Assembly (NCBI GenBank): GCA_963704885.1
Contig: CAVPIB010000001.1
Span: forward strand, 640,001-704,000
Source of the DNA: an uncultured Actinomycetes bacterium
GTDB lineage: Bacteria > Actinomycetota > UBA4738 > HRBIN12
DNA length: 64,000 nt
Direction: 5' to 3'
Position numbers and translations under genes: made by a program. Below are positions 9,688 to 20,800 of the stretch, in pieces (positions within the stretch are counted from its first letter, which is position 1; each line of letters opens with the position of its first letter). Below the pieces are notes generated by a model. It saw only the letters and a program-made list of their open reading frames with translations, did not search any database and had not been told where the DNA came from.

Positions 9688-12600
9688 ATGCCCGTCTGCG
9701 GGTCCTGCGGTCAGGGAAACCCCGCGCGAGCACGATTCTGCATGTCGTGCGCGTCGCCGCTGGCTGTCGAGGAGCAGGGCCCCGGCGCCCGCAAGACCGT
9801 GACCGTGGTGTTCTGCGACGTCGAGGACTCCACCCCGCTCGGCGACCGCTTGGACCCCGAGTCTGTCCGCCAGGTCATGACGAGCTTCTTCCGCGAGATG
9901 CGCAAGGCGCTCGAGCGCCACGGCGGCACCGTGGAGAAGTTCATCGGCGACGCCGTGATGGCGGTGTTCGGCGTTCCGCTCTTGCACGAGGACGATGCGT
10001 TCCGCGCGGTGCGCGCGGCGCAGGCCATGCGCGAGGCGCTCGACGGTTTGAACGCCGATCTAGAACGGCGGTTCGACGTCCGGCTGCAGACGCGTATCGG
10101 TGTGAACACCGGCGAGGTCGTGGTGGGCGATGCCTCGGCCGGTCAGGCGCTCGTCGTCGGCGATGCGGTGAACGTTGCGGCTCGGCTCGAGCGGGCGGCG
10201 GGCGCAGGCGAGATCCTCCTGGGGCCGGCGACGCACGCGCTGGTCCGCGACCACGTGGTCGCAGAGGTGACGGCACCGCTGGAGCTGAAGGGCAAGGCCG
10301 GAACGCTCGTCGCGTACCGACTCGCGTCTATCGGGCCGGGGCCCGACGAGATCGGCAGCCGGCCCGTTCCCCCGTTGGTCGGTCGCGAACACGAGCTCGA
10401 GACCCTGCACTCCGCGTTCGACCAGGTTGTGGATGAGCGCTCTTGCGCCCTCGTCACGATCCTGGGTCCGGCCGGGGTGGGGAAGTCCCGCCTGGCTCGG
10501 GAGTTCGTGCCGAGGACCCAACCCGATGCGCTGGTGCTCCGGGCCCGTTGTCTCCCGTACGGCGATGGCATCACGTTCTGGCCCGTGGCGGACCTGGTGA
10601 AGCAGGTGAGCGGGGTCGCCGATGACGAAGATCGAGGCGACGCGCGCTCGAAGATCGAGGCTGCGATGGCAGGCTGCCTCGACGGCACCCTCGTCGCCAC
10701 GCGCGTCTCCGGCGTGACCGGGTTCGCCAAAGCCACCGCCGGGCTGCAGGAGACCTTCTGGGCTATCCGGCGGTTCCTCGAGTGGGCCGGCCGCGACCGG
10801 CCCCTCGTCGTGATCCTCGACGACGTGCAGTGGGCCGAGCCCACCTTCCTCGACCTCGTCGAGTACCTCGCGGGATGGAGCCGTGACGTCGCGATGCTGC
10901 TCGTGTGCATCGCGCGTCCGGATCTGATGGACGAGCGCCCTACCTGGGGGAGCGGCGTCGTCAACGCCTCAGTCCTTCCGCTGGGTCCTCTCGATGAGCG
11001 CGAGAGCGAACTCCTCGTCTCCGAGCTGCTCGGGGGCGCTCGGCTGGACGAGCGGGTCTTCGCCCGGATCTCCGAGTCCGCCGACGGCAACCCGCTCTTC
11101 CTCGAGGAGATGCTGCGCATGCTCGAGGACGATGGGTTGCTCCGCGCGGGACGAAGGGGGGCGGGTCGCGACAGCGGACCTCGGCGAGATCCGGGTTCCT
11201 GAGTCGATCCAGGCCCTGCTGAGTGCGCGGTTGGATCGGCTCTCGCAGGAAGAGCGTCTGGTTATCCGCTCCGCGGCGGTGATCGGCAAGGTGTTCTGGT
11301 GGGGCGCTGTTGCCGAGCTCACCCCCGAGTCGCTCCGACCGGGTGTGGGGGGTGCGCTCCAGACGCTGGTTCGCAAGGACCTGATCCATCCGGAGGCCTC
11401 GACGTTCGCGGGAGAGGACGCCTTCCGCTTCCACCACATCCTTATCCAGGAGGCCGCCTACCGCGGCACCCCGAAGGAGGCACGTGCAGAGTTGCATGAG
11501 GCCTTCGCGAAGTGGTTGGAAAGGGTCGCGAGCGATGGCGTCGCCGAGCTGGACGAAGTGATCGGCTTCCACCTGGAGCAGGCCCATCGCTACCGCTCCG
11601 AGCTCGCGCCCCATACCGCCGGCGATGGCGACTTGGCGACCCGCGCCGGACTGCGACTCGCCTCCGCCGGGATCCAGGCGTCCGAGCGCCGCGACGTCCC
11701 CGCCGCGGCCGACCTGCTCGGACGGGCCACCACGCTGCTCCCGGCCGAGCATCCCGAGCGGCGAGCAGCCCTGCTGGCTCTCGGTGAGGTGCTGGGCGAG
11801 GCGGGCGACTTCGGACCGGCCGAGGCCGCTCTGGAGGAAGCTGGATCCCTCGCATCCGCAGCCGGCGATCAGGTCACCGAGGCCAACGCCGCGATCCTGC
11901 GGCTGTTCCTGCTCGAACACACGGACCCGAAGCACCCGACCGTTGACGTGCTGGCTGAGGCCGAGCGGCTGATCGCCACGCTCGACGCCCTGGGAGACGA
12001 CCTCGGTCTGGCCAGAGCGTGGCGCCTGGTCGGGGACCTGCACTGGAACCATGCGCACTACGGCGCGGCCGGAGACGCGTTGGAACGCGTGATCGAACAC
12101 GCGCGCCGCGCGGGGGCGACGCGCGAGGAGGCCGATGCATTGGGTCGCTACGCGGGCGCGGGTACCTACGGACCTGCGCCCGCCGAGGAGATCGAGCGGC
12201 GATGCGACGAGCTACTCGCAAGGACAACGGGCTCGGGGCACGAAGCGCCCGCCTTCCGAGCGCTCGCGTGGGTCCGAGCGATGCAGGGGCGGTTCGACGA
12301 GGCTCGCGAACTGGCCAGGCGGGCCCGCGCCATCTTCGAGGACCTAGGGCTCCGCATGCGGGCTACGTTCGTGGCCGAGACGGCCGGTGCGATCGAGATG
12401 CTCGCTCGAGACGCAGACGCCGCCGAGCGCGAATGGCGCGCGGGCCTCGACGCGGCCGACGAGATGGGGGAGCTGGGTTTCCAGTCCACGATCGCGGCGA
12501 TGCTCGCCCATGCGCTCCTCGAGCAGGGCCGCCTGGATGAAGCAGAGGAGATGGTCTCGCTCAGCGACCGCACCGGGGCAGAGGACGACGTGAGCACCCA

Positions 12601-12877
12601 GGTGCTCGGGCGCAGCGCCCGGGCTCGCGTTCTCGCCGCCCGAGGGCGGACCGAGGAGGCCGAGCCCGTCGCGCGCGAAGCCGTCGAGTTGTCCGAGGCG
12701 ACCGACGACCTGAACATGCGCGGCGACACGCTGGTCGACCTTGGCGAAGTGCTGGCTGCGGCCGGCGATCGCGAGGGTGCTAAAGCGGCGTTCGCCTCGG
12801 CGCTGGATCTCTACGAGCAGAAGGGGAACGCGGCCGCGGTCGAAGTCACCCGGCGCCGTCGGGCAGCGCTCGAGTGA
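9688..12877 (+). CDS. Zinc-ribbon / class III adenylate cyclase / AAA-ATPase / TPR protein; frameshift near 11145
   Basis: CxxC...CxxC, FCDVEDST, EKFIGDAV, GDAVNVAARL, GPAGVGKS, DDVQWA, GNPLFLEE; continues in ORF 10994-12877 (VPESIQALLSARLDRL, TPR-like helices). Confidence 0.85.
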
Positions 12878-12980
12878 AGTGTCCGGGTCAAACGGACATC
12901 CACAGATAGTGACCGTTGTCACGGAGATCGCTCTTGGGGATCGCTTAGCTCCTCGTGATTTCACGAAGGAGGTCGGTTCC

Positions 12981-13457
12981 GTGGGTCAATCGAAGCCGTG
13001 TTGGGTCTTGCTGATAGCTCGGGAAATGCAGGTTCACATACCGCCCGAGCTGTACACCAGCCTGGATCAGGCGGAGGACGAGGCCAGACGCTGGCTCTCC
13101 ACGTTGTTCTCCTGGAAGCCCACCTCGAAGCGAGTGTCCACGTCCGGGACTCTGCAAGTGGGGCGCCGCTTCGTCCTGCACATGGTCAGTTTCGATTTCC
13201 CCGATCCCTGGCGAGCAGGCTCACTGTGGCTCGGGGCGGAGTGGACTGCGAGGTCCTACCCGCGAATGCGTACAGAACTTCTTCCCACGGATGCAGACGG
13301 GGCACGAAGTTGGGTTTCCGTCAGACTCTCGCGACGCATGGCCCCTGTTCGGACCTCGCCGTGGTGCTACTCAGGGCGGTATGAGTTGGGTAGCAGCACT
13401 CGTTACGTGACGGCTGGCAGGATCAAGCGCGTGTGTGGTCCTTGGACTGGGGCGTGA
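12981..13457 (+). CDS. Hypothetical protein in the lower-GC islet
   Basis: GTG preceded by AAGGAGGT; Trp-rich 158 aa with no recognised motif. Confidence 0.5.
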   Translation: MGQSKPCWVLLIAREMQVHIPPELYTSLDQAEDEARRWLSTLFSWKPTSKRVSTSGTLQVGRRFVLHMVSFDFPDPWRAGSLWLGAEWTARSYPRMRTELLPTDADGARSWVSVRLSRRMAPVRTSPWCYSGRYELGSSTRYVTAGRIKRVCGPWTGA

Positions 13458-13458
13458 T

Positions 13459-15210
13459 TCAGATCCCCCATACGTCTGCTGCGATCTCGAGGAGCATCTC
13501 TTCGCGGATCGCAACCTCCTTGCCGCTCCAAGTCGAGAAGGGGCGAAGCCCGTAGCGGTCGGCCGTCTTCTTCGTCTTGTCTTGCTTACCGAGCGAGATA
13601 TCCACGACGAGGGACTTCGTCAGCTCGAAGTCGGACTTCTCATAGAGAGTGGCCTTCTGCTGGAAGGGTTTGTTGCGCGCAATTGCATTCGGTCCACCGT
13701 AGAGCAGCGTAAGGTTGCCGAGTCGGTATGTTGCCTGAGCTGATCCGGTGCCGAAGGCATCCAGGGCCTCCTCGCTCGGCCTTTGCGGCAGAATGTGTTC
13801 GATAGTGACGCCCCTCTTGAAGTACTTGAAGAAGTCGTCGTCCTTCCCGCACGCAACCTCGATGTGATGAGTCAGTTTGGCGAGGATGTACTTCAGGAGA
13901 CTCGATCCGACTTGATTCGTCTGAGCCAAGCTCTCTCGCGCCGTCGGAGCTACCTCGCTAGTCTTCCGTCTCAGCTGGGCGAGGAACCGTGCGAAGTCGT
14001 CAGAACTCTTGACCTCTCTCAACATGCCGCACCAGCCCGGCAACGCCTGCTCAATATCGTTCCACTGGGCGCCCGCCAGCGTGTATGCAAGCACCAGCGC
14101 CTCCACATGGCGTGCAAGTTCGGTGAACTCCGATTGTGTTCGGCCGGCACCGGCCATGAGCAGCGGAAGGTACTGACTGACACCTGTCCGCTGATACCGT
14201 ATGCCCATCAGGTGGAGGTTCTCGTCCTCCCAGGGATCAAGGCCAAGTCGGATGTTGATGTAATCCTGAGATGCCTGGGCCAATTCCTTGGCGAATCGAA
14301 GTGGATTGTTCGAGTAGCGGATCGCGTCGTCATGATCAAGGATCCATTGGAAGAGCTCGCTAGCCTTTGGCATCTTGGGGAAGTCATAGGTCGCGACAAG
14401 GTGATACCTGAGGAAGCGGAGTGGTCGGCGCTCACCACCCTTCCTAAGTGTCGCGAGGACGTGCTCCCAAGTGGCTACTAGTTCTGAGTGCTGGCTTTCT
14501 GGCGCCTCTCGAAAAAGCAGGTTCTTTAGCAGGTCCATCGCGTTGAGGACGACACCGCGATAGTTGAGCACCTCGAAGATCGTCAAGGCGCTCTGGAAAT
14601 CCCCGCTCGTAACCCGGATCAACTCCAGGTTGAGTAGAACAAACGCATGGAACTTCTTGATGCCTGCTTCGTTATCTTCGCCGAACCTCTCGATGAGGAA
14701 CTGCCGACACAAGCGGTAGGCATCCAGGAGCGGTCTTCCCACATCAGCCTTCCCCAGGTCGAGGCTAGCGACGTGGCCTTCACCGATTGCGTGGAGCACT
14801 TTGTTGCTCGGTTTGTACCGAAGCTCCATGCGATGTCGCAGCACGGTATTGCCTGAAGGATCGATGTCTGTGTCGAGGATCGCCTTGTCGAGAGTCGCGA
14901 CGTTTGCATCCTCGCTGAAGTCCTTCAAGCGATCTCGAACTGCACAGAAAAGCAGGTACAACGTGGTCAGCCGTTGCTGTCCATCGACGATGGCGAGGCT
15001 CTTGCCATGATCAGTCTTGAAGACCACGATGCTGCCTAAGAAGTAGTTATCCTCGTCGCCGGATTCATAGGCTCCGTAGATATCCCAGAGAAGCTGGTCT
15101 ACCTGTTTCTGTCGCCAAACGAACTCGCGCTGGAAGTCAGGGATGACGTAGAACGACGCAAAGACATCCTTCGCGGGCATCGCCTCCGTCTTTTCAATGA
15201 CTATCGACAT
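13459..15210 (-). CDS. gmrSD: GmrSD-type modification-dependent restriction protein (DUF262 + DUF1524)
   Basis: IPDFQREFVW, YFLGS, VDGQQRLTT, IFEVLNYRG (DUF262); TIEHILPQ...RLGNLTLL...N (DUF1524 His-Me finger). Confidence 0.88.
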   Translation of the reverse strand: MSIVIEKTEAMPAKDVFASFYVIPDFQREFVWRQKQVDQLLWDIYGAYESGDEDNYFLGSIVVFKTDHGKSLAIVDGQQRLTTLYLLFCAVRDRLKDFSEDANVATLDKAILDTDIDPSGNTVLRHRMELRYKPSNKVLHAIGEGHVASLDLGKADVGRPLLDAYRLCRQFLIERFGEDNEAGIKKFHAFVLLNLELIRVTSGDFQSALTIFEVLNYRGVVLNAMDLLKNLLFREAPESQHSELVATWEHVLATLRKGGERRPLRFLRYHLVATYDFPKMPKASELFQWILDHDDAIRYSNNPLRFAKELAQASQDYINIRLGLDPWEDENLHLMGIRYQRTGVSQYLPLLMAGAGRTQSEFTELARHVEALVLAYTLAGAQWNDIEQALPGWCGMLREVKSSDDFARFLAQLRRKTSEVAPTARESLAQTNQVGSSLLKYILAKLTHHIEVACGKDDDFFKYFKRGVTIEHILPQRPSEEALDAFGTGSAQATYRLGNLTLLYGGPNAIARNKPFQQKATLYEKSDFELTKSLVVDISLGKQDKTKKTADRYGLRPFSTWSGKEVAIREEMLLEIAADVWGI

Positions 15211-15228
15211 GTGTCCTCCAGCGAACCC

Positions 15229-15669
15229 TCAGTCTGGAACCTCGACAACGAAGCGGAACATGCGTCTCTGTTGCGAAGGGTCCAGGGACTCGTACCACCT
15301 CGTGACGTACCACATGCCCCAGAAGCGATAGCGACGAGGTATCTCCGGGAGTACCTCGAACACGTGGACAGGACTCCTGGTCTCATGCGCACGGAGCAGC
15401 CCGAGATTCCATCTGTTCCATTGTTGGTCGCCCGGTGGACCACCCTGTCCGGTGTAATCGAGAGAATGTCCGCGCGAGATCCACGCGTCGTGGTAACCCC
15501 AATCCTCGTTCTCATGCGGGCGGAAGCGAATGGAGACGGCGATATCGCTTCCGCTGGGCACATAGATGCCTTTGTAGAAGTCCTTGTGGACTGTTCGAAA
15601 CTTGGTGGTGCCTACAAGTTGGCCCGGTTCGAGGGTCACGACCAGAGGATCCGTAGCAGCCTGCCTCAA
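15229..15669 (-). CDS. Stand-alone SRA/YDG modified-cytosine-binding domain protein
   Basis: KGIY...YHD...LDYTGQGG..GDQQ...NLGL......PVHVF......YRFWG.W.V follows the SRA-YDG pattern; start codon uncertain. Confidence 0.72.
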   Translation of the reverse strand: MRQAATDPLVVTLEPGQLVGTTKFRTVHKDFYKGIYVPSGSDIAVSIRFRPHENEDWGYHDAWISRGHSLDYTGQGGPPGDQQWNRWNLGLLRAHETRSPVHVFEVLPEIPRRYRFWGMWYVTRWYESLDPSQQRRMFRFVVEVPD

Positions 15670-15670
15670 G

Positions 15671-16701
15671 TCAAGCTTGATTGTTCGGGAACTCCCCCTT
15701 CACGCCGAGCAGCCTCACTTTCCGCTCCAGCTCGAACCGGTCCAGCGCCGCGAGTGCTCCCGCTTCGATCGTCTCGAGACCGAGAGTGTCGGCTCCTCCA
15801 GCTTCACGCTCCGCTGCTTCGTGATGAACGGGACGAACCGCACCTTCACGATCACGCGGATCACGGGGCGGCCGTCGCGCTCGAGGTCCTCCATCAGCTC
15901 GTGGGTCAGGCGCACGAGTTCGCGGCGGATCTCTTCGGGGTCCTCCAGGTCCTGTTGGAACGTGCGTTCGCGGCTCACGCCCTTCGGGACCCACGGCTCG
16001 GCGCTCACGTGTGAGCCGCCCTCGCCGGTCGCGAGCTCTCGCAGCCACGGGCCGGTCTTCGGGCCGAACGCCGACGCCAGCCGCGACTCGTCGGTCGCCG
16101 CGAGCTCCGACACCGTTCTGATGCCGAGCGACGCGAGCTTCCGCGCGGTCTTCGCGCCGATGCCCCACAGCGCGTCGGTGGGGAGCGCGCCCATCACCTG
16201 ATTCCAGTTCTCGCGGGTCAGGCGGAACACGCCGCGCGGCTTCGCGAACCCGCTCCCGAGCTTCGCGCGGAGCTTGGTGTCGCCGACCCCGATCGAGCAC
16301 CACAGCTCGGTCCGCTCCAGCACCGCCGCCTGCACGTCGCGCGCGAACGCCTCGGGGTCGTGGGCCTCGATCGCCATGAACGCCTCGTCCCACCCCCACA
16401 CCTCGACCACCGCCGGGAACGACCGGAGCACGTCCATCACCAGCTTCGAGGCCTCGTCGTATGCGGGTCCGTCGACGGCCAGGAACACCGCTTCGGGGTT
16501 CCGCTTGTACGCGGTGCGCAGCGGCATCCCCGAGCCGATCCCGAACTTCCGCGCCTCGTAGTTCGCGGTCGAGACCACGCCGCGCTTCGTCGGGTCGCCG
16601 TCGCCGCCTACGACCACGGGCTTGTTGCGCAACTCCGGCCGGCGGAGGATCTCGACCGCCGCGATGAACTCGTCCATGTCCACGTGCAGGATCGCGTCCA
16701 T
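15671..16701 (-). CDS. dinB: DNA polymerase IV (Y-family); frameshift near 15785
   Basis: ILHVDMD, STANYEARKFGIGSGMP, WGWDEAF, LWGIG; the expected C-terminus (ERKVRLLGVKGEF) lies in another frame. Confidence 0.88.
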
Positions 16702-16795
16702 CCGGACAGGATGCTGCAATGGAGGGACCTCTGACCGTTGATACTCTCGCGGTCTGCGTGAAAGGTCCGCGCGACCTGACTAGCCCGGAGGTCTG

Positions 16796-17854
16796 GTGGG
16801 AAACATCCTGGTAGTCGATGACGATCCGCTGAACCAGCGCTTGCTAACCGGCACGCTCGAGCGCTTCGGGCACACGACCTCGTCGGCGTTGGATGGGAGC
16901 ACCGCCTTGACGATGCTCGCGGATACTCCTCCGGACGTCGTGCTGCTCGACCTGGTTATGCCCGGCATGGACGGGATGCAGGTGCTCGAGCGCATCAAGG
17001 CTGATCCCGACCTCCGGCACCTGCCGGTGATCGTGATCAGTGGCGTAGACGACGCCGAGAGCATCGTCCGCTGCATCGAGATGGGCGCCGAGGATTTCCT
17101 GCCCAAGCCGTTCGACCCTGTGATCTTGAAGGCGCGCGTGAACGCGGGGCTGAACCGCAAACAGCTGCACGACCTCGAGCAGGAGCGGGTGCGGAGCGTC
17201 TTCGCGCGGCTCGTCCCCGAGTCGGTCGTGGGCGCGTTGCTCGACCGAACAGAGGGCGGCTCCACGATCCCCGCCGAGTCGCTCACCGGCACGGTGCTGT
17301 TCGGCGATCTGCGCGGCTTCACGCCGTTCGCGGAGGCCCGCCCCGTCGATCAGGTGATCGGCGTGCTCAACCGATACCTGGGGTTGATGACCGACGCGAT
17401 CCTGGATCACGGCGGCACGCTCGTGGACTACATGGGCGACGGCGTGATGGCCGCGTTCGGCGCGCCGGTGCCCATGGGAGATCACGCCGATCGCGCGGTC
17501 GCGGCCGCCCGCGAGATGTCGACCGACAAGCTCGCCGCATTCAACGACTGGCTCGAGGGGACCGGGATCGGCGACCGGTTCCGGATGGGGATCGGGCTCA
17601 ACTCGGGCCCCGTGATGTCTGGCAGCGTCGGCTCGGAGCGACGTCTGGAGTACGCGGTGATCGGCGACACGGTGAACACGGCGTCACGGATCGAAGGGCT
17701 CACGAAGCAAGTGCCGCACGCCGTGCTCCTGGCCGAGGGCACCTACACCTCACTGCGATCGACCGAGGGGCTCACGTTCGTCGACGAGTTCGAGATCCGC
17801 GGCCGTCGGTCGAGGATCAAGGTGTGGGCCCTTGAGCACCCATCGGAGCGCTGA
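16796..17854 (+). CDS. Response-regulator (REC) / class III nucleotide cyclase fusion
   Basis: ILVVDDD, LLDLVMPGMDG, LPKP; FGDLRGFT, GDGVMA, GDTVNTASRIE. Confidence 0.9.
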   Translation: MGNILVVDDDPLNQRLLTGTLERFGHTTSSALDGSTALTMLADTPPDVVLLDLVMPGMDGMQVLERIKADPDLRHLPVIVISGVDDAESIVRCIEMGAEDFLPKPFDPVILKARVNAGLNRKQLHDLEQERVRSVFARLVPESVVGALLDRTEGGSTIPAESLTGTVLFGDLRGFTPFAEARPVDQVIGVLNRYLGLMTDAILDHGGTLVDYMGDGVMAAFGAPVPMGDHADRAVAAAREMSTDKLAAFNDWLEGTGIGDRFRMGIGLNSGPVMSGSVGSERRLEYAVIGDTVNTASRIEGLTKQVPHAVLLAEGTYTSLRSTEGLTFVDEFEIRGRRSRIKVWALEHPSER

Positions 17855-20800
17855 TGGGGGACGGCAAGAAGAAGAAGACGACGAAGGCGCTGAAACGGCG
17901 CATTTCCGAGCTCGAGGAACAGGAGGTCGAGTCCCGGCGCGCTGCGGAGGTGGACGCTGCGCTGTACCGGATCGCGCAGGCCGCCAGCTCCGTCACCGAC
18001 ATGCAGGCGTTCTATGCCGCGATGCACGGCATCGTCGGCGAGCTGATGGATGCCAGCAACTTCTACATCGCTCTTTACGACGAGGCGCGCCAGATGATCA
18101 ACTTCCCCTACTTCGTCGACGAGGTTGACCTGGACGTCCCGGACCCCAACGTGTGGGAGCCGTTCGGTGTCGGGAACGCACGGGGAACGACCGCCTACCT
18201 ACTGCGCACCGACCAGCCCACACTCATGGGTCCTGATGACTTCGACAAGCTGACCGCTGCAGGCGAGTTGGAGCTGGTCGGCGAGCTGGGCCAAGACTGG
18301 CTCGGGGTCCCATTGAAGTCCGAGGGCCACACCCTCGGCGTCCTCGTGGTCCAGACCTACACGCCCGACAAGCGGTTGACGAGGGCAGACCTGGACATCC
18401 TGACCATCGTGGGGGAGCACGTCGGGACCGCGCTCGAGCGCACCCGGCTGATAAACGAGACCCGCCAGCGCAGCGCCGAACTCACGTTCGTCAACGACGT
18501 CCAGCGGGGCCTGGCGGAGCGGCTGGACATGCAGGCGATGTATGACCTGGTCGGGGATCGTATCCAAGAGATCTTCGATGCTCAGGTCGTGGACATCGGG
18601 GTCGTCGACCCCGACTCGGGCCTGATCCACTTCCCCTACACGATCGAGCGAGGCGTCCGGTTCCCGGACAAGCCGATCGAGCTGATCGGCTTCCGGCGGA
18701 TGTCGCTCGAGACCCGGGAGCCCGTTGTCATCAACGAGGATGTCGGACGCGCGGCGACCGAGGTAGGGCAGCCCTTGGTGCTCACCGGCGAACCGCCGAA
18801 GTCGTCCGTCTTCGTTCCGCTAGTGGTCGGCGACCGGGGGACCGGTGTCATCTCGCTACAGAACCTCGACCGGGAGCACGCGTTCAACGACGCGGACGTG
18901 CGCCTCCTGACCACGCTCGCCGGCAGTTTGAGCGTGGCGCTCGAGAACGCGCGGCTGTTCGACGAGTCTCGGCGGCGCGGCACCGAGATGGCGGCCCTCG
19001 CGGAGCTGGGGCGCGAGATCGGGGGGTTGCTCGACCTCGACGCGGTGCTTCGCCGCATCGCGGAGCGGGCACGGGACCTGCTGCGGGCGGACACGAGCGC
19101 CGTCTTCTTGGAGGAGGGCCCGGGCGCCGGGCGGTTCGTGCCGCTCGTGGCGCTCGGCGATCTGGCGGACCTCATCATGGCGGACTCGATACAACTAGGT
19201 GAGGGCGTGATCGGCGACGTCGCGAGCCGCGGCTCGGCCGAGGTGGTGAACGACCTCAAGCGCGATCCGCGCGCGGTCCAGATCCCAGGCTCGGAGGAGG
19301 ACCAGGAGGAGCGTCTCATGGCCGCCCCTCTCCTGTCCCGTGGGCGCGTGATCGGGATGATGGCGATCTGGCGCACGGACGCTCACGCGGAGCCGTTCAC
19401 GGCCGACGATCTCAACTTCTTGGTCGGCCTCTCACAGCAGGCCGCGGTCGCGATCGAGAACGCCCGCTTGTTCCAGGAGAGCGACCGGCAGAAGCAATAC
19501 TTCGAGTCTCTCGTCGACATCAGCCCCGTCGCGGTCGTCACGATGGATCCAGACGAGGTCGTGTCCGGCTGGAACCCGTCTGCCGAGCGGTTGTTCGGCT
19601 ACTCCGCGCAGGACGCGATCGGACGGACGATCGACTCGCTCGTGATCAAGTCGTCCGAGTACGCCGACGAGGGGGAGGCGATCGTCCGCGAGGCGCTGGA
19701 GCAGGGCCGGTCGCACCGTTTGACGCGTCGGATGCGGGCCGACGGCGAGTTCGTCGAGGTCGAGGTGGACGTCGTTCCTTTGGTGGTCGACGGCCAGCAC
19801 CAGGGGTTCTACGGGATCTACCACGATGTCACCGAGCTCCAGGAGGCCCGCCGCACCGCCGACTCGGCCAACGAGGCGAAGAGCGCGTTCTTGGCCACGA
19901 TGAGCCACGAGATCCGCACTCCGATGAACGCGATCATCGGCATGAGCGGGCTGCTGTCGGGCACGGCATTGAACGACGAGCAGCGCGAGTACGCCACGAC
20001 GGTCTCGTCGAGCAGCGAGGCCCTCCTCGCGATCATCAACGACATCCTCGACTTCTCCAAGATCGAGGCCGGGAAGATGGAGCTGGAGGAGGCGCCGTTC
20101 GACCTGCGTGGCTGCATAGAGTCGGTCGTCGAGCTGGTCGGGCCCGTGGCCGGGGGGAAGGGCCTCGAGGTCACCTACCTCATGGAACCGGACACGCCGG
20201 AGGTCGCCGTCGGCGACGCGAGCCGGCTGCGGCAGATCCTGCTGAACCTGCTGAACAACGCGGTGAAGTTCACCGAGACCGGGGAGGTCGTGGTCACGGC
20301 CGGCTCGGCGCCGGCGTCCGTCGACGGGAAGCTCGGCTTCCGGGTCTCGGTCCGCGACACCGGGATCGGGATCTCGCCGGACCGGGTCGACCGGCTCTTC
20401 CGGTCGTTCAGCCAGGCCGACGTCTCGACCAGCCGCCGTTACGGCGGGACCGGCCTGGGCCTCGCGATCAGCAGGCGGCTGGCGGAGCTGATGGGTGGAA
20501 CGGTGACCGTCCAGAGCTCCGGCGTCCCAGGTGAGGGCAGCACTTTCCATCTGACGTTCGAGGCCGGGGCCACGGACATGACGCCGACCGCCCTGCGGCG
20601 GGATGGATCCCTAGGGGGCCGTCGCGCCCTGGTCGTGGACGACAACGCTACGAACCTGCGGCTCATGACCGAGCTGCTCGGCGCCTGGGGCCTAGAGGTC
20701 GTCACCGCCCCGGGCGTCGACGAGGCGCTGGCGGTGCTAGATGAGGGGACGTTCGACGTGGCGGTCCTCGACATGCTGATGCCCGGTGCGGACGGGTTGG

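Noticed and set aside
12878-15700. Integrative element or transposon carrying the defence islet
   Set aside because: No integrase, transposase, tRNA or convincing flanking direct repeats.
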